Shown here: piece by piece, positions 23,619 through 33,400 of the stretch | Layout: every line of letters starts with the position of its first letter | Position numbering within the stretch: position 1 is the stretch's first letter | Assembly (NCBI GenBank): GCA_051294375.1 | Contig: CM119264.1 | Location: 30,880,091 to 30,944,090 of the forward strand | Source of the DNA: Paraspadella gotoi | Taxonomy: Eukaryota > Animalia > Chaetognatha | Reading direction: 5' to 3' | Length of the DNA stretch: 64,000 nucleotides | Program-made: the position numbers and the translations under genes | Notes under the pieces: generated by a model | Database searches by the model: none | What the model was told of the DNA's origin: nothing | Seen by the model: the letters and a program-made list of their open reading frames with translations, nothing else

Positions 23619-26600
23619 TTTCGCCGTGGAGGCGCCACCAGAAGTCGAAGTCATTCGTCCGAATGAAAGAAAGAAAAGCGAATCGGAGGTGAAAATTGTC
23701 TGGTTTTATTTTTTTTTAAATTATTATTGTTAGTATACTAGTTAGTATACTAGTTAGTATACTAGTATTTATATGAACTTAGCTTTTTGAGCTATATTAT
23801 GCTACATTCACTAGCCCCTCATCATTTTTTTACATATGGTTCGTTACTATTACCCCTAGGCTTTGTCCTTATTTTTTGTTAAATGCAATTCACTCATTCT
23901 CCCTTACATTCTACCCCCATTTCCTCTTTATTCTCCCTTACATTCTACCCCCATTTCCTTTTAATTATCCCTTACATTCTACCCCCTTTTCCTATTTATT
24001 CTCTCTTACATTCAACCCCCATTCTCCCATCATTCCTCCCACCCCATTCTACCCCTCCACATTCTACCCCCTATATCCTATTCCTTCTCCCCCACATTCT
24101 ACCCCCATTCCCTCATCATTCTCTCCCCCTCCGTTCTCCCCAGATGTCCGACGAGACAGAGACGATCGTTTCCGTTCGCGACCGAATCGCGAGAATGAGT
24201 CGAAAGTTGGACGACGATCGAAAAGGAATCATCGCCGTCAGAGAAGCCAAGTCGTCGCCTGGGAAGTTAACCTCTGTGCGAAGGTATGTTTTGGAGAATC
24301 ACTGTGGGAAGAAGACGAAATTGTTGCCAGGGAAATTAATCACTGTGAGTTTACTGTGATATAGAAATTAATCATTGTCTAAGAGAGGACGTGTTCTTGC
24401 AAATTTCAAAATCTTTATTATTTTTTTTTTTATTTTCTCTTCACTCTGTTCTCTCTCCCACTCCCTCCCTCTCTCCCCCTTCCTCCCTCTCTCCCCCTTC
24501 CTCCCTCTCTCCCCCTTCCTCCCTCTCTCCCCCCTTCCTCCCCTCTCCCCCAGAGTGCGACCTCCTCGATGATTCCGCCCTCGTCTCTTCTTCTCCCAAC
24601 CTCGGTTTCGACGACGCCCCCTTAGAGAAAACGAGGACGCCGCCTGATGGCGCTGAAGCAGATGACGCCGCCGACGAAAACGGCGCCGTCAAAGGTCAGG
24701 GTTCATTTTATGGAATTACGGGGCTTCGTGACGGTGTGAAGATTTCCAGGGACGCTGCTGCCACCACATGAAAAACTTTTGTCTTGTTGGAAAAGATTTA
24801 ATTCTAAATCGTATACAGGTGGCAGCGTTAAGTCGATATTTGCATAAACGTTTAAAATATAAAAGTTTCGTGTATAAATGTAATTATTTTTGTTTATTAT
24901 GAGTATAAATGAATTTTTACCGGATGCTGAAAGTGGCGAATTAACCCAAGTAAATTCACATATAGATAGCGATGATTTTTGTTTGCTTCTTACATACTCG
25001 TCCTTTTAACTTTTCTTCTCTCCTTTCCTTCTTTTCTTTTTGTAATACTTCTTTTGTTTTTCATTCTCTCTCTTTCCTTCATCTCAATCATACCCTCTTT
25101 TTCCCTCTCCTCTCTCTCCCCCACTCTCCCCCGCCCCGTCCACACCCGCCAACCCTATCTCCCCACAACCCTCTCTCCCCCACAACCCTCTCTCCCCCAC
25201 AACCCTCTCTCCCCACAACCCTCTCTCCCCACAACCCTCTCTCCCCACAACCCTCTCTCCCACAACCCTCTCTCCCCACAACCTCCCTCCAGACGACGAT
25301 GCCTCAGCCGCCAACGCCGCCCGCCCCTCATTGCCGCCAACCGCTCGTCGATTCAGGCCAAATTCGCCATCTTCAAGGACATGGAGAAGCAGAGGAAGAG
25401 GGCGTTCGACGGTGTCGTGGCGGAAGGTGGGTTTGATGAGGACAAAAGTGTCATTGTTGTTTATTATAGTTTATTATAATTATAAACAAGATCTAGGATT
25501 TTGATGATAACCGAATCCAAGCTGCTAGTTTGAACTTGCTTGTAATAAAATGAACTGTGATGATTGACGAAGAAAAGAAATATTAGTTATAGGGAAGCCG
25601 GGCAATCGGGGAGTTCAAAGGACAGGAGTTCAAAGGACAGGAGTTCAAAGGACAGGAGTTCAAAGGACAGGAGTTCAAAGGACAGGAGCAAGATATCTTG
25701 TTCATTGAATCAACAATTTCATTTGTTCCATGTTGAAGAATTAAGTTGAGGAACTGAAGCTTGAAAAAGCTGTGGCTAAAATTGAGGAGTATGAATGTAT
25801 GTAGTAAAAGGAAAATAAAATTTGGAGAGGGAAGAGAAGACCCGGGGAAGAGAAAGGTCCTGGCGCTGGCAGTAGGGGGAAACCTTTATCCTGATTGATT
25901 ATTTTCTTTCCTCCTCTCTCTTTCCCTTAATCCGTTCCAGATCCCTGCCAACCTCCGCTTCGATCCGTCCGTCGTTACGGCGCGCGTGGACGATCCTCTC
26001 GATCGATGACGACGCCCGTGACGCCGGAAGAGGTCGTCAGTGCCGAGAGAGAGAATCAGAACGCGGCGGCTGCTGCGGCTGCTGCGGCGGCGGGAGCTAC
26101 GTCGCCGCACAAAATGAAGGAGGAAAAGGAGAGAGAGAATCGGGAAGAGAAGATCGCGGTTGACATTCAGGTTTTAGTTTGTTTGTTTAGATATTTATTT
26201 ATTTATTCATTTATTCATTTTTTTTTTAAATTAATTTTATATAGTAGATTGTTCTTTTTCCTCAATGTTGCGTCCATTTTTTCATTCCCTTATTTAAAAT
26301 TTTTCTTCACCATTTTTTGCCATTTTTTTTGTCCATTTCCTTTTCACATTTTTGCCTTTTTTTTTTTTTGATCCAGGCGCTGATTTCCACGATCGACAAA
26401 GCGGCGAAGCTCACGAACAAAACTGACCAAAAACCAAAGGAGAAAGCGGGAGTCAAAGGTGAGCATGATGTGGTCGTAATGTGGGTATTGGGTGAGGTTC
26501 AAGGTTGAAGGTCAAATGAATATGATTAGAAATTAACTTTTTGGGGGAGATTAAATGATGTAGGTTCTTTGGATACTTGAGGTCAAAAGTCAGTGGGATC

Positions 26601-29600
26601 ACCCAGGCAATTCAAATAAGTAGTTTCCATGATCGGCGTTCAGATAAGATATCTTTTCTTCCTAAATCCAATATATATGTATGAGAGTATTTATTTATTC
26701 TTGTATCTTTTTGTCTCCCCCCCCCCCAATTCTCAGCTCTGACTGATTTGGCGGAAGATGATCAAGGAGACGAATTCACGAATCTTCCTTTGGCTGAAAA
26801 GATGAAACTGTGGGACACGAGACGAGGAGCTTGAAAAGGGTGAGACTGTAACACTCAGACTGTGACGCTCGGATAGAGACTGTGATGCTCGGATAGAGAC
26901 TGTGATGCCGATAGAGACTGTGTGCTCGGATAGAGACTGTGATGCTCGGATAGAGACTGTGATGCTCGGATAGAGACTGTGATGCTCGGATAGAGACTGT
27001 GATGCTCGGATAGAGACTGTGATGCTCGGATAGAGACTGTGATGCTCGGATAGAGACTGTGATGCTCGATAGAGACTGTGATGCTCGGATAGAGTGGCTG
27101 TAGAGACTGTGATGCTCGGATAGAGACTGTGACGCTCGGATAGAGTCTGTGATGCTCGCATAGAGACTGACACCCATTTTTTTTCTAGGCGAAACCTCCG
27201 TCCCCGATTCTGGTCCAATTCCATTGACAAAACCAACAAAGAGACGATTTCGCCGAGGAGGAGCCAGAGCGGGCAGAACCCTTACCCAGGTGAGGTCAAT
27301 TAGCGGGCAGAACCCTTACCCAGGTGAGGTCAATGAGCGGACAGAACCCTTACCGATGTGAGGTCAATGAGCGGGCAGATCTGTTTCCCAGGTGAGGTTT
27401 ATGGGCCGGCAGAACCCTTACCCAGGTGAGGTCGATAAGCAGACATAACCCTTACCCTGGTGAGGTATATGGACGGGCAGAAGGTAAAGTCACAAGACGA
27501 GAAGCAAATTTGGCTTGTTGGGCAATTACTGGTAGTCACATCTTGATAACTTTCTATGTATCGATTGTCCTCGAGTGTCACTCTGTTAAAATTAATGAGT
27601 TGTTACCTTTTTTTTTTATACAAATTTTAGCAAAGAGAATTTGTTTTTAATTCGACAACGATTGTATTTTTAATACAAAACAGACATGTTTCGGCTTTAA
27701 TGCAAGCCTTCAACAGCGAAAGAATTTTTCGCAATGTATACAAATCTTTAACTCTTGTCCTTTGTCTACTTTTTGTCCACTTTGTTTAGCCAAACACAGA
27801 CAGTTCGGACAACGAAGTAAGTTTCCTAGAGAGAACGTGAAAAATGTCTTCTTTCCATCTTCTCAGAATTATTGACGAGTTATCACTTCAAAAGGGTTGT
27901 TGTTGTTGTTGTTTTAAAATTGCTCTCTTGTTAATCTGAATATCGCTCACGCTGAAGTTTTTTCAAGATTTGATCTTTCGTTTCACTGAGAAGGAGTTAG
28001 ACAAGAAGTTCTTTTCAAACATAGACATTGACATTGACATTGACTTAGACATTGACTTAGACATTGACATAGACATTGACATAGACACGAATAGGGACAT
28101 TGGACATGGATTTTGCTTCTTCTACATTTGGAGGCGAATTTGAAGCGAGGCACTTTCCGGAACTTCAGATCCGGCGGTTGGCTATCCGGTTGGCTATCCG
28201 GCCCGTCACTTTTTTGCTAGGATTATTCCTGCTAGTGTTAGAAGCCAGAACTATTAGGCTGGAAGATAAATCGTTAGCTCATTGTACTTAAAGAGTATAG
28301 ATGTCTGTATCCGCTACATCCAAATAAATATAAATAAATACAAATAAATATAAATAAATAGATGTCTGTATCCGCTACATCCAAATAAACCGAGACTTGA
28401 AAAATGTTTTCGGGTACAAAGTTTTCCCCGTTGGCGTCGCTATTTTCGTCGTAAACTAAACAAAAGCTCAAAATAGAAAAAAAATAGGGTCTGTCTCTCT
28501 CTCTCTCTCACACATCTCTTGAAGGCACTTAGAAAAATACGTTGTCTTAGGATGCAAACAAAAAGTTTACGTTGCCTTTTTGTTACAGACTTTGTCCATC
28601 CATTTTTTCCTCTCATTTTTAAAACACAATTGTAAATGTTTTTCTTCAAATCCTATTTTCCAAAAAGGAAGAGATTTTTCAAAAGTCATCTTCAAAAGAA
28701 TTACCTTTTAAATCCAAACAACATTTTTTTCAAAAGTCGATGTTTGTTTTTACTTTCTTGAAAATAATTTAACTTTTTTTTTTTACCCAAAAAAGATCCA
28801 GGATTTTTTTTGTCATCTTCGTCGGATCTTCCCGAGTTTTTGTTTTGGTCCCCGGATGTTTCGTTCTGTTTTGTTTTCCCGGATGTTCTGCTGTTTTGTT
28901 CTTTTAACTCCCCAACCACTAATGGTTTTGTCTCACATTATCTCTTATGCCACTTTCAGCTCTATGCTCTAGATTTCTGTCTTTCCTTATTTTTTTTTCT
29001 TTTTCATTCTTTTTTTTTTTAAATATTTATTTTACCATCGCATTCTCTCACTCCACACTCGATTCTTCCACACTCGCTCTTTCCACTTTTTTCCACACTC
29101 GATTCTTCCACACTCGCTCTTTCCACTTTTTTTCCACACTTGATTTTTCCACACTCGCTCTTTTTTTCACATTTTTTTCTTCCATGCTATCTCTTTCCAC
29201 AATATCTCTTTCCACACAATCTTCTTCCACACTCGCTCTTCCCACATTTTGTTTTCCCACACAAGCTTCTTCCACACTCGCTCTTTCCACTTTTTTTCCC
29301 ATACTCGCTCTTCCCAGGTTGTTTTTTCTTCATAGTTGCTTTACTATCTCCTCCTCCTATTTGCTTCCCATTTCCTTTATCCTCTTCCTTTGATTTCTTA
29401 CCTTCGAAGTCACTGACCTTTAATTTTACCCACGCCCTCATCTTTTCCCCCCACACCCTCCCTCCACAACCACAGCCGGTGACCACGGAAGAGCTCTCTT
29501 CGGTCGCCTCTTCAAAACCTTCTCCTCTCGCTTTGACTCTTTGCAAACCACCGGAAGTTGATCAACTCAGCGGACTGCCCATCGCCGCGCAGCGTGAGAT

Positions 29601-29948
29601 GATGGCTCGCTACGCTATGGCGCAGCACGAGGCGGTAGCGGAGGTGAGAATGATACGCTGTCAGTCAGGGGTGGTTTGTAATTTGTTTCATTTCAAATTT
29701 GATCATTGTTGCATGTTACAGTACATGACTATTCGATAACTTATATTTTATCAAAGATACTGCTCATTTTACAGCATATTGTCACATTCTAATGCCGTGA
29801 TACTTTCGTGATCTCCAGGAAAAAAGATCGTCTCAACAAAAACATCAAAATTCAAAACCAAAATTTCAGGATCGAAATGAAACTCGTGAGTCAACAGATT
29901 TAAAAACCAGTTTTTAAATTGTTTATTTCGTTTTTAATTGCATTTTCT

Positions 29949-29987
<39 letters not shown>

Positions 29988-30060
29988 ATCTCTATCTCTA
30001 TCAGCGATTGGCGTTTCGACTGATTCTGGGAGCGCTCTGACTCGAAAATATTTAACGAAG
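23619..30060 (+). CDS. SVIL: Supervillin-like protein, N-terminal actin/myosin-binding region exons
   Basis: Exons 23619-23688, 24144-24283 (SVRDRIARM), 24554-24694, 25293-25426 (SSIQAKFAIFKDMEKQ), 25941-26170 (RSMTTPVTPEEV), 26377-26458, 26737-26839 (NLPLAEKMKLW), 27189-27289 (RTLTQ), 29476-29643 (PVTTEEL), 29819-29885, 30005-30060. These resemble remembered vertebrate SVIL motifs (SVAAKRLLFREMEK, RSLTQPITTEEV, LSLAEKLALF). A few single-base frame breaks are presumed sequencing errors. Confidence 0.8.
25615..25688 (+). repeat. 15-bp minisatellite (GGAGTTCAAAGGACA) x5
   Basis: Near-perfect tandem copies seen directly; intronic. Confidence 0.9.
26858..27170 (+). repeat. 20-bp minisatellite (GATAGAGACTGTGATGCTCG) x~15 filling almost the whole intron 26840-27188
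   Basis: Seen directly. The unit shares GAGACTGT with the donor GG|GTGAGACTGT. Confidence 0.95.
27268..27480 (+). repeat. 34-bp tandem repeat x6 containing the exon 3' end and 5' splice site
   Basis: Unit GAGCGGGCAGAACCCTTACCCAG|GTGAGGTCAAT; donors at 27290, 27324, 27358, 27392, 27426 and 27460. Confidence 0.92.
27681..27718 (-). ncRNA. Degenerate minimal hammerhead ribozyme-like motif
   Basis: Minus strand CG-CTGTTGA-A-GGCTT(GCATTA)AAGCC-GAAACATGTC-TG, with an A6U substitution. The downstream ~60 nt resemble those after the 19641 motif. Confidence 0.5.
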
Positions 30061-30489
30061 GTGAGTTCAAAACATTGTTTATTTTTTTGTAAAAATATCG
30101 TAATTTTAAACAGTAACAAAAAAGATTAATGATCAACAACGTCCAAAAAAAAAAGATTATGGAAATTTATCTCACGGTCATTTAAAATGAAGAACAATAC
30201 TCTAAATAATTAAAATAAGACGCGACAAAATTAATAAGATTTAATTAATTTCATACGAGCTTTGCATGGCGATATCGTTGTTATCATATAAACAAAGTTT
30301 GTGTAATTGTATTGAATGATTCGATTTGGCTAATGAGCATCGAATTGTTATCATTTAGGATTCTCTCACAGCATTAATAATTTAATACGATTTATATTTT
30401 GGTGAAGTCATTTATTCTTTGAAGTTTCACAAATCGTTAACAAGGCACTTGTGAGAGTAATGCGAGTTTTTGTAAACATAAACAAAAAA

Positions 30490-33400
30490 TCAATATGGCG
30501 GCGGCCTTGAGCCTCGATTCCAGCGCGGACCCCAAAATTGAGGTCGTTGTCTCTGAAGCGTCGGAATCGGCATTTGCTGAATATTCTGTTGCTGCACCGC
30601 TTGCTGCTGCTGCCAAGCGTTATGGTTTCGTATAGGAAAGCGCTGAGCTAGTGGGGAACCTTGATGCTGGCCTTGCCATGGCGGCGTCGGCGGGCCCTGC
30701 GGCGGCGGCGGCGGCGGCCTCTTCATCGACCCCTTCGGCGGTGGCGGGCCCTGCGGAGGAGGTGGCGGGCCCTGCGGAGGCGGAGTCGGGCCCTGCGGAG
30801 GCGGCGGCGACCCCTTAGGCGGCGACGACCCCTTAGGCGGCGGCGACCCCTGCGGAGGCGGCAACGGGCCGTGCGGCAACGGGCCCTGCAGAGGTTCTTT
30901 CCATGGCTCTCCCCTATTCCCTCGAGCCGCTTCCGTTCCTCCTCTCATCGACGAAGGAGTTGGGAAGCGAGATCGCGGCGCCGCCGCTGCTGTCCCCGCT
31001 GCCGTCGCCGGCGCCGCTCCTTGAAGACGTCCGCGCAATCGAGGTCGTCCTGGAAACTGACAACGAAAAATCGGCGTCGTAAAAAAAGCGCCGGCGCCGC
31101 CCCAGGTCCGGATCATCTCGCCTGGCGACGCCGGACGAAAGGGTGACGCCAATTTCTGAAGAATGGGCGCCGGTTCTATCGAAGCGGTATTAAAGTCTGA
31201 ATAGGAAGCGGCGTCGTTTCGAGGTCCCCATCCGGTGAAGAAGAGATTGGGGAGAGTGGGCGTGGCAGAGGAGGATGTGGGCGTGGCAGAGGAGGATGTG
31301 GGCGTGGCAGAGGAGGATGTTGGCGTGGCGGAGGGAGAGAGCGTGACAGAGGAAGAAGGGGATGTTGCGGGGGAGAGAGTGGTTGTGGCTGAAGAGGAAA
31401 AGGTGAGCGTGTCAGTGGAAGAAACAAGCGTGACAAAGGAGGAGGAAGTCGGCGTGGCAGAGGAGGGATCGGACGTTGCAGAAAAAGGCGTGGCAGAGGA
31501 AGACGTGAGAGAGGTTGAATTTGGCGTCGTTGGAATCGAAACTGAAGGGGGCGTCTCTGGGGAGAGGCGATGTATTTTCGATGTGGGACCATCATCTGTT
31601 GTTAGGAGGGAAAAATAACTTTAGAACTGCTTGGGACGAGTGCTTGTTCAAGCTCGACTGCCTGGTAACATTTGACCTAGCAAGAGATGCTGCGAAAGGC
31701 GCCCCGACAATCCGGCGCTTAATTTCTCTTTATATCTCTGATGATCTATTTCTCTTTATTTCTCTTTATTTCTCTTAATTTCTCTGATTATCGCCCTTGT
31801 TTGAATTCATTTTAGGCATCGGCAGCAATCCAATGCATGCAATCAGATTCATATATATTCAGATTCATATATATTCAGATTCATATATATTCAGATTGAA
31901 CACATTCAGATTAGAGTTTGAATCTTTAACTTACCACCGTTAATTTCGCCTTCTCCGACGACGTCGTCGTCCAACGGATTTTGTTCGAAACTATTTTGGT
32001 TTTCGTCAACGTGATTTTCTACCCCCAAAAAAATATTATTTATTTAATTATTTATTTAAAAAATATTAATCTCGCCGGCCCTTTGGGTTTTTTTTCCGAC
32101 TCGTGGTCCATCGCCCACACATCTCTTCCACTTACCCACGAGTTCTTTCCACAATCCCGGGAGCGGGACTCCCCACGCTTCCGAGATGTGAGTTAGGAGA
32201 ACGTTGACGATCCGTCGCAGGCCCGTGTTGTCCCAATGAGTTTCATCTCTGACTTGACGATGTAACTTGGAATCGAGAAGCGAAATGAACGATGTTTATG
32301 AATCAATAAAATCTAATGAATGATTTTAGTGAATGACTGAACAATTAAATATATTACAGATGAGGTGACATGTTTGCCATCCCTTTCGCTCGCAATGGAA
32401 CGGAGAATTTTCCTGGCCCCCCTCCCGCACAAGGGTGGCTTACGGCCGTCCTGACAGTTTTCGAAGGGTTGGTTGGGTATCTTTTGGAATAGATCCTGGT
32501 ACCTCAGGGTCATGAACTGATGGCTGACCGGATGACAAATGAGGGCGTCATGTTCATAGGTTCACTTTTCGCCCGACTTCATGATCGAATTCTCCTTTGA
32601 CCTCACCAGACCCCTACCTGAACCCTTTACCTGAACCCTTACATCTTCCCTTCCCTGACCCCTTACTTGACCCTTTACCTGAACCTCTACCCTTACCTGA
32701 CCCCTTACCTGACCCCTTACCTGACCCCTTACCTGATGCCGCATGAAGAAGTGAGTGTCGAGAAAATCGAATCCTCTGACGTCGACTTCTCTTTTGACGA
32801 AATTGTTGGCTGCGACGACGTGAAGATGGAGTTGGGCGGCGATGGAGGAAGAGGAAGGGAGGAAAGGATCCAAGATGGCGCCTGTGGAGGAAAGAAAAGT
32901 GATAAAGGGAGGAAAGGAAAGAAGGGAGGAAAGGAGAAGGTGGGCGATGGAGGAAGAGGAAGGAGGAAAGGATCCAAGATGGCGCCTGTGGAGGAAAGAG
33001 AAAGTGATAAAAGGAGGAAAGGAAAGGAAAGAAGGGAGGAAAGGAGAAGGTGGCGATGGAGGAAGAGGGAGGAAAGGATCCAAATGGCGCCTGTGGAGGA
33101 AAGGAAAGTAATAAAGGGTTAGGAAAGGACAGAAGGGAGGAAAGGAGAAAGTGGTGATGGAGGAAAAAGATCCAAGATGGCGCCTGTGGAGGAAAGGAAA
33201 GTGATAAAGGGAGGAAATGAAAAATGAAAGGAAAGAAGGGAAGAAAGGAAAGAAGGGAGGAAAGGAGAAGGTGGCGATGGAGGAAGAGGAAGGGAGGAAA
33301 GGATCCAAGATGGCGCCTGTAGAGGAAAGAAAGAAAAGAAAGAAGGGAGGAAAGGAGAAGGTGGCAATGGAGGAAGAGGAAGGGAGGAAATGATCCAAGA

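Noticed and set aside
26858-27480. CRISPR-like regularly spaced repeats
   Set aside because: Head-to-tail units without unique spacers, no cas genes, and a eukaryotic intron context.
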